From Blautia sp. OF03-15BH (lineage in GTDB: Bacteria; Bacillota; Clostridia; Lachnospirales; Lachnospiraceae), in NCBI RefSeq assembly GCF_003463065.1, contig NZ_QSCM01000012.1:3954-67953 (forward strand): 64,000 nucleotides of DNA, given 5' to 3'. The notes under the pieces are model-generated. The model made no database searches. It saw only the letters and a list, made by a program, of their open reading frames with translations, and was not told the DNA's origin. Position numbers and translations under genes: made by a program. This document shows, one piece after another, positions 18,858 to 29,331 of the stretch (its first letter is position 1; each line of letters begins with the position of its first letter).

Positions 18858-20066
18858 TTACTTATTGATGATCTCGTCTCTTCTTACTTTATAATTATCA
18901 AAAGCTTCATCAATCGTGCAGTTACCGATCAGATACTCCGTGATCTCTGCTTTGTAAGCGTCTTTCAGCTCATTGTAATAATCTTCATTTCCATCTTCAC
19001 TGTTTACTTTTGCTGCAAATACATATTCCGTACCAGGAGTGGTCACATTCTCCTTATAAATCTCAAGTGCTTCATCACAAGGATATGCCGGAACCTGAGC
19101 ATTCTTTGCATAAATTTTTGCACCTTCGTCACTGTAACAGCAGAATTTAATGAAATCAAAAGCTGCCTGTGCATTTTTGCTGGAGGAGTTAATGCAGAAT
19201 GCGGAAGTGGAACCTACTGTGGAGTTTACTTCCAGATCTTCGAAATGCGGAAGGGGAGCTGCGCACCACTCGAAATCAGGGTCTGCATCCGGGAAGAGCA
19301 GGAAATTCCAGTCACCGTTCAGCATCATGTAGGTCTCACCCTCTGCGAAAACACTGTTTACATCAAAGGAACCGGACATTTCTTCGAGACTCAGGTTGGA
19401 ATTATCTTCATTATAAATTCGGTTCAGGAACTCTACATACTCTTTGGTTCTAGTCAGGTTCTCGTCCGTCAGGTACTCACCTGCTGCTGCGGAACCGGTA
19501 TTCATGATCCAGTTTACACAGAGACCGCCGTGGAGATCATCTTTGTTCAGTTTTGCACAGAGATCTGCGTACTCATCCCAGGTAAGATCCAGCGGATACT
19601 CCTCGCCTGCTGCATCAAAAAGATCCTTATTGTACCACAGGAGCCAACAGGATTTGGATGTGCAGAGACCATAAGTCTTTCCGCCTGTCTGATAAGCCTC
19701 TCCCATCTGTCCGTAGTCGGAGAAGTTCACGCCTGCCGCATCGATCATATCGTCCAGAGCCAGTACAGCGCCACCGTTGGCCATCTGCCTTAACTGATCA
19801 CCGCCTCTTACCCAGAAACAGTCGATATCAGCGCCGCCGGAAAGCATCACTTTGATCTTGTCATCATAATCATCATTGGCAATGATGGAAAGTTTTACTT
19901 CCACGTCATCCTGGCTTGCATTGTAAGCCTCCACAAGATCAGTTGCGATCTTCTCACTGTCGGAATGCTCATAAAAGTTGATCACCGTCTTTTCGCCATC
20001 CGCATGGACAGCCATTCCCATCATCATTGCTGCGCCCAGTGTCAATACCAAAAATCTCTTCTTCAT
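18858..20066 (-). CDS. ABC transporter substrate-binding protein (family 1 extracellular solute-binding)
   Basis: ORF trimmed to MKKRFLVLTLGAAMMMGMAVHA signal peptide (GGAGG RBS). Confidence 0.8.
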   Translation of the reverse strand: MKKRFLVLTLGAAMMMGMAVHADGEKTVINFYEHSDSEKIATDLVEAYNASQDDVEVKLSIIANDDYDDKIKVMLSGGADIDCFWVRGGDQLRQMANGGAVLALDDMIDAAGVNFSDYGQMGEAYQTGGKTYGLCTSKSCWLLWYNKDLFDAAGEEYPLDLTWDEYADLCAKLNKDDLHGGLCVNWIMNTGSAAAGEYLTDENLTRTKEYVEFLNRIYNEDNSNLSLEEMSGSFDVNSVFAEGETYMMLNGDWNFLLFPDADPDFEWCAAPLPHFEDLEVNSTVGSTSAFCINSSSKNAQAAFDFIKFCCYSDEGAKIYAKNAQVPAYPCDEALEIYKENVTTPGTEYVFAAKVNSEDGNEDYYNELKDAYKAEITEYLIGNCTIDEAFDNYKVRRDEIINK

Positions 20067-20209
20067 AAACCTTACCTCCCTGTTTTCTCTGCTAACCGAA
20101 GTTCTTCGTTCTCTTCGGTTCCTATCTGATATAAAAATCATAGCTCAGATCGCTTTCTTTTCATAGGAGTATTTTTTATCATCCTGCCTTGTTTTTTCTT
20201 GTATTTTCC

Positions 20210-21505
20210 TTATTCATTGTGCATCTTGCCAAACACTTCTTCTCTTTGCTCCTGAAATCGTTCCATAATTTCATCCAACTCACAATTTCCTTCCAGAAGT
20301 TCACAGGCATCCTCTTTAAAAAGCTCCGTCAACTGGTCATAACCTTCCCATACTGGCTGTTCTTGAATTCTTTTGGCATCAAAAAAGATCCTGGCATCTT
20401 CTGTTCCAACCGCATCCAGATAAATCGCCTGAATCTCTTCATTCGAGTATCCCGGAATGATCCCGTTTCTTGCGTAGATCTGTGCCCCCTGAGGTCCACA
20501 GAGAAATTGCAGAAACTCAAAAGCAGCTTCCGGATCACGGCAGACAGACGTAATCCCTGCGAATTGATACATGCCAATGGAAGTTCCTGCTTCCACACCA
20601 TCCGGCACCGGCAATGGTGCGATCCCCCACTCCGGAACCTCTATCCCCTCAGCCTGATCTTCCAGAAACATGTTAGCCAGCCATTCACCACAGACAAGCA
20701 TGGCAATATTTCCTTTTTCAAAATCCTCTCTGCAGAAATCTCCCCGATCCTTCACACGATCATACGGAAAATGGCTGCCTGAAGCATATATTTTCTGCAT
20801 CAGTTCTAAACTTTCCCACGTTGGTTCCAACTCGTCATCCAGAAGATAATAGCCTTGTTGGATCGCCGGAATATTATAGATCCACGGAGGATAATAACCT
20901 CCCCAGATTTCCGTACGCTTCTCTGTCATACGCTCTGCCAGTTCAATATATTCTTCCCAGGTCATCTGCTCCGGTTCAGGGACGCCACGTTCCTGAAAAA
21001 GCTTCCGATTATAGTAAAGCGCCCAGCAGGTGCTTCTTGTTGGAAGCGCATAATATTCTCCGTTACAGGTAATTTCATTTATCATTGTTCCATAATTTCG
21101 AATATCAAGATTACTTTCTTTAATAAACCGTGATAATCCCAGAAGTTTTTTCTGTTTCTGAAACTGTAAAAGCTGACCGTTCCCTCTGATCCCTATAATA
21201 TCTGTCGCATAAGCATCATTGTAATGATTCACCCAGTCTTCATGCTGACTGTTTGGGACCACTTCAAGAGAGATCGCCTCATACCCTTTTAAAGCATTGT
21301 ACGCCTCGATCACATCACGCACATAACTTTCCTCATCGCTCCAGATACTGAATTTTAACGATACTTCGTCTTCCCTCTGCACTTTCTCTTTTTCACTTTC
21401 TGCCATTTGTCCGGAATTTCCGCAGCCTGTACAAAGAAGAAGCAATACGATCAAAAGCCTCCCGACAGTCCTCATATTTTTCCTGATTTTCTCTCTCCGT
21501 ATCAT
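20210..21505 (-). CDS. Extracellular solute-binding lipoprotein (family 1), second binding protein or sensor partner
   Basis: Lipobox LLLLCTGC; start ambiguous (21505 or 21475); divergent from the histidine kinase gene. Confidence 0.65.
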   Translation of the reverse strand: MIRREKIRKNMRTVGRLLIVLLLLCTGCGNSGQMAESEKEKVQREDEVSLKFSIWSDEESYVRDVIEAYNALKGYEAISLEVVPNSQHEDWVNHYNDAYATDIIGIRGNGQLLQFQKQKKLLGLSRFIKESNLDIRNYGTMINEITCNGEYYALPTRSTCWALYYNRKLFQERGVPEPEQMTWEEYIELAERMTEKRTEIWGGYYPPWIYNIPAIQQGYYLLDDELEPTWESLELMQKIYASGSHFPYDRVKDRGDFCREDFEKGNIAMLVCGEWLANMFLEDQAEGIEVPEWGIAPLPVPDGVEAGTSIGMYQFAGITSVCRDPEAAFEFLQFLCGPQGAQIYARNGIIPGYSNEEIQAIYLDAVGTEDARIFFDAKRIQEQPVWEGYDQLTELFKEDACELLEGNCELDEIMERFQEQREEVFGKMHNE

Positions 21506-21603
21506 CTTTACCCTTCCCCGTTTCCATGATATACTGTAGCTGTTCAACAAGTCTGTACCTTTTATTTTAATTGATTCTGTCCGGAAATACAATGAGGTGC
21601 ATT

Positions 21604-23112
21604 ATGCTCTATTTTTTTACTGTTTTTATCATTTTTATCATGTTTCTCATTTTTCAGCGTGACCAGCACGCTTCCGCAAAATATCTGCTGGGCACGGTGC
21701 TTCTTTATGCCCTGGCCATCCTTTCCATGATTTTCTATCTGTCCAGAGATATCCGCTATTATAATATCATTGAGAACTATTTCCTGATGCCGAAGAGTAT
21801 CTGGCAGACCTTCATGTTCTTCCCTGTGTCCAAAGATACGATCATACGCTGCATGAACCTGTTCAGCCTTCTGACCATCCTCTTTGGCTGTCTTTTTTCT
21901 ATGAATTATATGAACACAGCCGCCAGCCCCTGCGTGAAAAAGCTCAGAAAAGCAGTCGTTCATTTTCTGATCCTGGAATATTTCATCTATGATCCTTTTC
22001 TCCAGAAAATGATCTATCTCTTCTTTTATCCTTATCTTATGAACAGTCAGCAGTTTTCGCTCTTTCTTCAGATTACTCACTTTTTTACGGCAGCACTGAA
22101 CGATTTCATTGTAGTGGCAAGCACACTGAATCTCTTCCGGGCCAACCGGCAGATTTATGCTTTCCCACATTTTAAATCCTTTGCCTACGGAGAGACCATC
22201 AGTTACACTCTGATCATGATCTCCTATCTGGCACTTTTCGGTCATCTTCCAAACTACATGATCCGTTTTTCCATCGTTTCCGGCTACACCACTTATAAAT
22301 CGCTCCCGCTGTATGAACACGCCCGTCTCTATACACTCATTCCCTATTATCTCTTCTTTGCTTCTGTTCTGATGTGCGTCTGCTCCATCGCCCTGGCCAA
22401 ACTCAATCGAAAGATGAATCAGGCAGATTTTACAATCTCAGGACAGATCGATGCAGTAAATACTTCCTCCAAAGCATTCTGTCATTACATGAAAAATGAG
22501 CTGCTTGCCATCGAAGCAGAAGCCCAACTTCTGGATGTGCCCGAGGAAAATCAGGAAGACCTAAACCATCTCATTGAGCGCTGCCAGAATCTCTACGGCC
22601 GCATTGACAAATTGCACCGAAGTACAAAGCTGGCCCAGCTCACCATGGAGCAGACGGATCTGGAGAAGCTGATCGCAAAAATGCTGGAACGCATGTCTCC
22701 GGAACTCAAAGAATACAAAGTCTCTGTAAAATCCTCAGGTTCCATACCAAAAGCATTGGTAGATCCAAACCATTTTGAACAGGCGGTACATAACATTGTA
22801 ATCAACGCCCTGGACGCCATGGCTCCCCTTCCGCCCGAGCGAAAAAATCTGAATTTCACGTTTCGCTCTATCGACAACTGGATCGCTCTTTCCGTTACTG
22901 ATACGGGTCCCGGAATCCCCGAAAAAAATCTTCCTCATATTTTCGAGCCCTTCTTCAGTTCTCAGCCCATTGCGGCCCATTGGGGCATCGGCATGACCAT
23001 GACCTACCAGATCATCAAGGCCCACAATGGGAAGATCACTGTGGAGAGCAAAGAAGGCAAGGGAACCACCTTCCGCATTCTTTTACCGAATTTGAAAAAA
23101 ATGCTGCCTTAA
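21604..23112 (+). CDS. Sensor histidine kinase with multi-TM N-terminal domain
   Basis: Start chosen at ATG 21604 (GAGGTG RBS); about 7 TM then H-box and HATPase_c (TDTGPGIP...GIGMTM). Confidence 0.8.
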   Translation: MLYFFTVFIIFIMFLIFQRDQHASAKYLLGTVLLYALAILSMIFYLSRDIRYYNIIENYFLMPKSIWQTFMFFPVSKDTIIRCMNLFSLLTILFGCLFSMNYMNTAASPCVKKLRKAVVHFLILEYFIYDPFLQKMIYLFFYPYLMNSQQFSLFLQITHFFTAALNDFIVVASTLNLFRANRQIYAFPHFKSFAYGETISYTLIMISYLALFGHLPNYMIRFSIVSGYTTYKSLPLYEHARLYTLIPYYLFFASVLMCVCSIALAKLNRKMNQADFTISGQIDAVNTSSKAFCHYMKNELLAIEAEAQLLDVPEENQEDLNHLIERCQNLYGRIDKLHRSTKLAQLTMEQTDLEKLIAKMLERMSPELKEYKVSVKSSGSIPKALVDPNHFEQAVHNIVINALDAMAPLPPERKNLNFTFRSIDNWIALSVTDTGPGIPEKNLPHIFEPFFSSQPIAAHWGIGMTMTYQIIKAHNGKITVESKEGKGTTFRILLPNLKKMLP

Positions 23113-24449
23113 GGCAGCACTTTTTCTTTCAGAAGCTTTGCATATTCCTCGTAATATCCGCAGTTAGAAAACAGGAAGGATTTCGGAAGTTCAAGAATCT
23201 CCTCCGATGTGTACTCTTTGATGAGCGGTTTCAGGATGCATTCGGTCTGGAAGCGGTAGAGAATGCCGCGCTGACGAAACTGCATGAAATAGCAGAGTTC
23301 GTCCGTCGCCTTCTCAAATTCCGGCCAGGCTTTAATCCGCTCCATAAGTTCATTTGCCTGCCCCATCTCCTTATAATGTGTCCAGTTCTGATGGATCTTC
23401 TCCACAAACTGCATCCAGGAAGACTCATCTTTTGGATAGACCATTCCCATAAACTGGGCATCCTTATAACACCAGAGAGTCCAGGAAATCTCCGCCTCGT
23501 TGAACATTGTGAGAGTCTCATCCAGAAGTTCCAGCGTGTGAGGCAGGTTATTTTTGTCAATATCATAGCCGGCCTCCCCACAGAGGATGGGACGATGAAA
23601 TTTTTCCCGGATTCCGGCGATCTGATCCAGAATCTTCTGAAATTTCCTGCAGCGGGCCGCCTTGTCATAAGTATCCTCAAAAAGCTTCGGCTCCCATACA
23701 GTCGGATAATAATGAAAAGTCAGCGCCGTATTTTCATCTTTTATCTCATGAATGCAGTCAAACTGCATGGCAAAATGATCTCCCTCCAGGAAAATGATGT
23801 GATTCGGGTCGCTTTTTCGGATGGACTCTGTCACTTCCAGATAAAACTCCGTCAGCACATCAGGAGCATCGATAAGATAGGGCTCATTCAACACATCGTA
23901 ACCCAGAAGATATTCCTTCCCCTTATAATGTTCTGCAATATAACCCCAGAGGGCCGCGATCTGATCCCGGAACACTTTGTAATGCCAAAACTCGGGGATT
24001 CCCGTATTGTTATCGGAATGCCAGTCCGGATTCTGTCCGCCCGGCGCCGTATGAAGGTCTAAAAGCAGATAGATCTGATAGTTTTCACAGAAATCCATCA
24101 AATAATCGAGATAGAGAAGCCCTTCTTTTTTATATTCCGAAGGGTTCTGATCGTCGATGAAGAGGCGATAATTAAAAGGCACCCGAAGAATATTGACGCC
24201 GCATTTTTTTAAAAATGCAAAGTCTGAATCGCTGATAAAGCTACGGATAAAACAGTCAAAAAAACCATCTGCCGTCTCTTTCCCAAAGACCTCTTTCACC
24301 GTCTTCCGGATCTGGTTATCCGGTGTCGGGATCCCCAGCATAAAATGCTCCATATTCAGCCAGCTTCCGATTCCCATTCCACGAAAAAGGATCGGTTTTC
24401 CAGCTTTTGTAAATTCCATACTGTTTACTTTTACAAATTCTTTCTTCAT
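23109..24449 (-). CDS. Glycoside hydrolase family 5 (intracellular; mannanase/glucanase-like)
   Basis: 446 aa; GH5 acid/base YDVLNEP and nucleophile-region ILCGEAGY; no signal peptide. Confidence 0.75.
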   Translation of the reverse strand: MKKEFVKVNSMEFTKAGKPILFRGMGIGSWLNMEHFMLGIPTPDNQIRKTVKEVFGKETADGFFDCFIRSFISDSDFAFLKKCGVNILRVPFNYRLFIDDQNPSEYKKEGLLYLDYLMDFCENYQIYLLLDLHTAPGGQNPDWHSDNNTGIPEFWHYKVFRDQIAALWGYIAEHYKGKEYLLGYDVLNEPYLIDAPDVLTEFYLEVTESIRKSDPNHIIFLEGDHFAMQFDCIHEIKDENTALTFHYYPTVWEPKLFEDTYDKAARCRKFQKILDQIAGIREKFHRPILCGEAGYDIDKNNLPHTLELLDETLTMFNEAEISWTLWCYKDAQFMGMVYPKDESSWMQFVEKIHQNWTHYKEMGQANELMERIKAWPEFEKATDELCYFMQFRQRGILYRFQTECILKPLIKEYTSEEILELPKSFLFSNCGYYEEYAKLLKEKVLP

Positions 24450-24466
24450 CTGATCTCTCCTCCGTT

Positions 24467-25174
24467 CTATTTCTTATCCAAGGGCATGTTTTTACTGATG
24501 TTACGGATATAATCAAAAATCTGCAGTTCGTTCATCTGCTGGATTACTTCCGCCGTCGTACTTTTGTTAAATTTTTTCAGGATGCTTTTGATCTGGGTCT
24601 TCACGGTGGAAAGCTCCACGCAGCGGATCTTGCAGATCTCGGTTCTCGTATAGCCCTGACTCAAAAGACTCAAAATATCAATTTCTGTCTGAGTCATCTC
24701 CGCTATGATGTGCAGGCAGTAAAGAAAGCTCTGCTCGCTGGTTTTCACCCGCTGAAATTCCCTTCGGATCTTCTCCGCGATGACAGGCCGGATCGGCGAG
24801 TTTCCGGCGTAAGCATCCTTGATGCAGGAAATGATCTCCTCTTTTCCCGAATTTTTGATAAGATAGTCTGTAACACCCAGCTGAAACGCCTGAAATACAA
24901 ACTCATCCTCCTCATAAACCGTAAGGATGATAATTTTCATCTCCGGATATATCTGTAAAATGTCTCTCGAAGCATCCAGACCGGAAGTCTTGGCCTCCAT
25001 CTCGATATCCATGAGCACTACGTTCGGCTCCAGAGTTCGCACCATTTCCAACGCTTCCGCCCCGGAAAAAGCCAGCCCCACCACTTCCATATCTTCTTCT
25101 TGATTGATCAGTTTTTCATATCTTCTGCAGATTGGCTGCATGTCATCTACTACTAAAACACGGATCATTTGCAT
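24467..25174 (-). CDS. Response regulator, REC + LuxR/FixJ-type HTH
   Basis: ORF trimmed to MQMIRVLVVDD (AGGGGA RBS); C-terminal LuxR HTH. Confidence 0.85.
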   Translation of the reverse strand: MQMIRVLVVDDMQPICRRYEKLINQEEDMEVVGLAFSGAEALEMVRTLEPNVVLMDIEMEAKTSGLDASRDILQIYPEMKIIILTVYEEDEFVFQAFQLGVTDYLIKNSGKEEIISCIKDAYAGNSPIRPVIAEKIRREFQRVKTSEQSFLYCLHIIAEMTQTEIDILSLLSQGYTRTEICKIRCVELSTVKTQIKSILKKFNKSTTAEVIQQMNELQIFDYIRNISKNMPLDKK

Positions 25175-25441
25175 TTCCCCTATCAAAATTTTACCTGCTC
25201 TCATTGTACCATTGGAACCCAAGAAAAGGGGGGATGAAAAAATATCCTACTCCTCAAAGCTCTCTCTTTTATCTTAGCACAAAATCCGTCTGCGAAAGAA
25301 AGCTTTCCAATACTCCATACATTGATTTTTTCCCCATATATGATATACTGTTACTATTCGGGGTTGCGCAAAGCAAACACCAGCCGGTCTTACAGCAATT
25401 CATTGCTGCCGGACACTTTAGAAAGAAATGGAGTCGTATTT

Positions 25442-26164
25442 ATGATAAAGGAAACCTCCAACCAGTTAAAAGCCAGAGCCCGCGGAACGCTTCTTGGACA
25501 TTACAGCCTGCCCATCGGTGCATCGATCCTGACCACTGCAGCCATCCTGGTGCTGGAAGGACTCATAAGCCTTGTTGTTCCAAAGAATACCACAGGAATC
25601 GTGATCTCCTATCTGACCATGCTCATTGCAGCTATCTTTTCCACGCTTCTGCAGACAGGTTATGAATATCTGTTGTTGAACATGGCCCGTGGAAAACAGG
25701 CACAGTTAAAGGATCTCATCTATCCTTTTCAGACGATGCCGGATCATGTGATCCTGCTTGCAGTAAGGCTGTTTCTGCTGACACTTGCCTGCATGCTCCC
25801 GTTCTTCGGAGGCAGCATCATCTTTGCCCTGTTTTACCAGCTTCTCGTTTCACGGATCATTATGGTACTGCTTCTGCTCGTAAGCCTTTTCCTGATCCTG
25901 AAACTGACGCTCGACTATTCTCAGATCTTCCTGCTTTATCTGGATAATCCCTATCTTTCCTGCAAGGAGATCATGCAGCAGAGCAAAGAGCTGATGAAAG
26001 GCAACCGGATCCGGTATTTTTATCTGCTGATCAGCTTCTTCGGAATCTCGCTTCTGGGCGTCGTAAGTCTGGGCATCGGTTTCCTCTGGATTGTTCCTTA
26101 TATGAGCATGACAGAGGTGGAATTTTACCGGGATCTTATCAACGAACACAGTCAGGAATTCTAA
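25442..26164 (+). CDS. DUF975 family membrane protein
   Basis: Start ATG 25442; N-terminus LKARARGTLLGHYSLPIG matches the DUF975 pattern; TTGATT/TATACT promoter upstream. Confidence 0.55.
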   Translation: MIKETSNQLKARARGTLLGHYSLPIGASILTTAAILVLEGLISLVVPKNTTGIVISYLTMLIAAIFSTLLQTGYEYLLLNMARGKQAQLKDLIYPFQTMPDHVILLAVRLFLLTLACMLPFFGGSIIFALFYQLLVSRIIMVLLLLVSLFLILKLTLDYSQIFLLYLDNPYLSCKEIMQQSKELMKGNRIRYFYLLISFFGISLLGVVSLGIGFLWIVPYMSMTEVEFYRDLINEHSQEF

Positions 26165-26169
26165 AAAGA

Positions 26170-26216
26170 AAAGCCGAAGTTTTTTCCCGTTTTCCAGGGA
26201 GTAAACTTCGGCTTCT
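26170..26216. terminator. Bidirectional terminator
   Basis: AGCCGAAGTT...AACTTCGGCT 10-bp stem flanked by A and T runs. Confidence 0.6.
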
Positions 26217-26220
26217 TTTA

Positions 26221-27432
26221 TCAGTCTACATTTCCAAAGAACGCGTCATGAATGGCATTCATCGCCTTCTCTCCGTCTTTCTTCTTCACCAGAACAGTGA
26301 TACGGATCTCAGAAGTGGAGATCATGTTGATGTTGATGCCCACGCTGTAAAGAGCCTCAAACATCTTTGCTGCCACACCGGGATTGCTGGTCATGCCGGC
26401 TCCCACAATGGAAATCTTGGCAACGTCCACATTACTGGTCACCTGCTGGAAGGTGATCCATTCTTTATTCTCCTCAATGAGGCGGATGGCAGTTTCCACA
26501 TCTTCTTCATTTACCGTAAAGGAAATATCCTTGGTTTTCTCACGACCGATAGACTGCAGGATAATATCCACATTCACATTGTTTTTTGCCAGGATATTAA
26601 ACAGTTTAAATGCAATACCCGGCTCATCTTTCAGACCCATAACAGAAATTCTGGCCGCATTCTCATCCAGCGCCACACCGCTGATCAACATTCTCTCCAC
26701 GTTTGTTACCTCCTTGACAATCGTTCCCTCGGAATTATTCAGACTGGATCGTACTACCAGGGGAACTCCATATTTCTTTGCCATCTCCACAGAGCGGTTG
26801 TGCAGAACGCCTGCTCCACAGGTCGCAAGATCCAGCATTTCATCATAAGTGATCTCACTGATCTTTCTGGCTCCCGGAACGATACGGGGATCTGCCGTAT
26901 ATACACCATCCACATCCGTATAGATCTCACAGGCATCCGCATGCAGTGCTGCCGCCAGTGCCACTGCTGTGGTATCCGAACCACCGCGTCCCAGTGTGGT
27001 ATAGTCTTCATAACGGTTCACACCCTGGAATCCGGTCACGATCACGATCTTACGGCTTGCAAGCTCATGACGGATCCTGTCCTTGTCGATCCGTTTCAGA
27101 CGGGCATTTCCGTACACAGAAGTGGTCTCCATCCGTACCTGAAAAGCATTCAGGGAAATGGCAGGGATTCCAAGTGAATCCAGTGCAATGGCCATAAGAG
27201 CAACGGAAGTCTGCTCTCCGGTAGTCATCAGCATATCCAGTTCTCTTTTTGGTGCTTTCGGGTTGATCTCCCGTGCAGTCTTCAGAAGGATATCTGTGGT
27301 TTTTCCCATAGCAGAAAGAACAAGCACCACATCATTTCCCCTGGAATATTCTTCGGCACAACGCCGGGCAACATTCATGATCCTTTCCTGGTCGCCGACG
27401 GAGGTACCGCCAAATTTTTTTACAATCAGCAT
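26221..27432 (-). CDS. lysC: Aspartate kinase
   Basis: ORF trimmed to MLIVKKFGGTSVG (AGGAGG RBS); C-terminal ACT domains; about 100-nt leader is too short for an L-box. Confidence 0.9.
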   Translation of the reverse strand: MLIVKKFGGTSVGDQERIMNVARRCAEEYSRGNDVVLVLSAMGKTTDILLKTAREINPKAPKRELDMLMTTGEQTSVALMAIALDSLGIPAISLNAFQVRMETTSVYGNARLKRIDKDRIRHELASRKIVIVTGFQGVNRYEDYTTLGRGGSDTTAVALAAALHADACEIYTDVDGVYTADPRIVPGARKISEITYDEMLDLATCGAGVLHNRSVEMAKKYGVPLVVRSSLNNSEGTIVKEVTNVERMLISGVALDENAARISVMGLKDEPGIAFKLFNILAKNNVNVDIILQSIGREKTKDISFTVNEEDVETAIRLIEENKEWITFQQVTSNVDVAKISIVGAGMTSNPGVAAKMFEALYSVGININMISTSEIRITVLVKKKDGEKAMNAIHDAFFGNVD

Positions 27433-27529
27433 ATTACGCCTCCTAATAAACAATGGACTGCGCCGCCATTTTGCCGCGGGCAGCTGATATACACTTTATT
27501 TTATCACACGTTTATGCATAATTACAACA

Positions 27530-27575
27530 AAAAAAGACTGTCCGAAATCACTTTTCTGACAGTCTTTTTTGTTGT
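27530..27575. terminator. Bidirectional terminator between hom and lysC
   Basis: A7-AGACTGTC...GACAGTCT-T7. Confidence 0.7.
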
Positions 27576-27577
27576 GA

Positions 27578-28804
27578 TCATGCATGCAGATGACGGACAC
27601 GGATCCTGGAGATCACGGTACCAAGCTTTTCTGCCTTTTCTTCGTATTCACCCTCGGAGATCACTCCGGTCACGAAAGCAAATTCTCCGGAAAGCTCAGG
27701 AACGTTGATCGGATCCACATGGCCAAACACGGCCTCCACAGAGGAAAGATCTTTATCCGGTTCCCCTTTTACACGTACCAGAAAACGGCGTCTGGAACCT
27801 TTGATGTCGTCAAGTGCCAGTTTTTCCTGTCCCCAGCAGACCGGGATATTTTTTCCCTCATGCTTCACTTCATCCACTACGTCAGCAACCACTGCGCTGG
27901 CCGTAGGAAGTTTTCCTGCTCCGCTTCCGTAAAACATCGCATCGCCCAGTACATTGCCATGGACAAAGATCGCATTGAACACGCCATTCACGCTGTAAAG
28001 AGGATCATTCGGTCCCAGAAGGAAAGGTGCTACCATTGCATAAAAATGGCCGTCCACCTTACGGCTGTAGGCCAGAAGCTTGATCGTCATCCCCAGTGCA
28101 TTGGCATAGCGGATATCCTCTGCTGTGATCCTGGTGATACCTTCTGTATAAATATCCTCATAATCCACATATCCGTCAAAGGCCAGGGAGGAAAGGATGG
28201 CGATCTTCCGGCAGGCATCATAGCCTTCCACATCCGCCTCCGGATTCCGCTCCGCATAGCCAAGTGCCTGTGCCTGCTTCAGCACATCATCAAAATCAGA
28301 GCCCTCCTGGATCATCTTTGTCAGGATATAGTTTGTCGTTCCATTTAAAATTCCGGTGATCTCATCGATCTGATCCGCAGTAAGAGAAGAATTCAACGGA
28401 CGGATGATGGGAATTCCACCGCCGCAGCTCGCTTCAAAAAGGTAATTCAGCTTTCTCTCTTTCGCCAGGGCAAGAAGCTCTGCACCGTGACGGGCTACCA
28501 GCTCTTTATTGGAGGTGCAGACACTCTTTCCTGCCAGAAGTGCCTTTTTGGTGAAAGTATAGGCCGGTTCCACACCTCCCATGACCTCCACAACGATCCG
28601 GACTTCCGGATCGTTTAAAATGATGTCGTAATCATGTACGATTTTTTTCTGAATGGGGTCTTCCGGAAAATCGCGAAGATCCAATACATATTTGATGTTG
28701 ATTTCCTGACCTGCTTTTCTGCAGATGCTCTCATGGTTGGTCTTTAAAACCTCCACAACTCCGCTTCCAACGGTACCGTAGCCTAAAACTGCTATCTGTG
28801 TCAT
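27578..28804 (-). CDS. hom: Homoserine dehydrogenase
   Basis: 408 aa; IAVLGYGTVGSGV NAD-binding N-terminus; C-terminal ACT domain. Confidence 0.9.
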   Translation of the reverse strand: MTQIAVLGYGTVGSGVVEVLKTNHESICRKAGQEINIKYVLDLRDFPEDPIQKKIVHDYDIILNDPEVRIVVEVMGGVEPAYTFTKKALLAGKSVCTSNKELVARHGAELLALAKERKLNYLFEASCGGGIPIIRPLNSSLTADQIDEITGILNGTTNYILTKMIQEGSDFDDVLKQAQALGYAERNPEADVEGYDACRKIAILSSLAFDGYVDYEDIYTEGITRITAEDIRYANALGMTIKLLAYSRKVDGHFYAMVAPFLLGPNDPLYSVNGVFNAIFVHGNVLGDAMFYGSGAGKLPTASAVVADVVDEVKHEGKNIPVCWGQEKLALDDIKGSRRRFLVRVKGEPDKDLSSVEAVFGHVDPINVPELSGEFAFVTGVISEGEYEEKAEKLGTVISRIRVRHLHA

Positions 28805-28811
28805 CTTTCCT

Positions 28812-29252
28812 TTACTCCCTTGCTAAAATTTTCAGATACTGAATACCATTCAGCTTCTCGATCGCCTCTACCATACTGGAAAGATCCCCCGTATTTGGCA
28901 GGATCTCCACACTCAGGGTAAGAGAGGCAATGCCATTAATGGGAATGCTCTGATGGATCGTCAGAATATTGGCATGGTAATCCGCCACAATATGAAGCAC
29001 ATCCGACAAAAGTCCAGGTTCATCATCCATCTGGATCATGAAGGTTATGGTCTTTCCCTTGGCATTGTCATGAAAGGGAAAAATGTCATCTTTATATTTA
29101 TAAAACGAACTCCTGCTGATCCCCACCTGGTCGGTAGCCTCCTGCACCGTGGAGACACGCTCTGATTCCAGCAGACGTTTGGCCTCTACCACCTTCAAAA
29201 GAACTTCCGGAACTGCTTTCTGTTTGACAACAAAATATTTGCTCTCTGACAT
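28812..29252 (-). CDS. ACT domain-containing regulatory protein (upstream partner of hom)
   Basis: ORF trimmed to MSESKYFVV (AGGAGG RBS); 146 aa ACT fold. Confidence 0.6.
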   Translation of the reverse strand: MSESKYFVVKQKAVPEVLLKVVEAKRLLESERVSTVQEATDQVGISRSSFYKYKDDIFPFHDNAKGKTITFMIQMDDEPGLLSDVLHIVADYHANILTIHQSIPINGIASLTLSVEILPNTGDLSSMVEAIEKLNGIQYLKILARE

Positions 29253-29331
29253 GGTTGTCCTCCTTGTACGTCCATTAAGTACATTTGTAGTCACAAGGAA
29301 GATGTTAACACAAATTCAAAGAGAACGCAAC

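Noticed and set aside
27433-27530. Lysine riboswitch (L-box) upstream of lysC
   Set aside because: Leader is only about 100 nt and shows no L-box conserved helices; too short for the aptamer.
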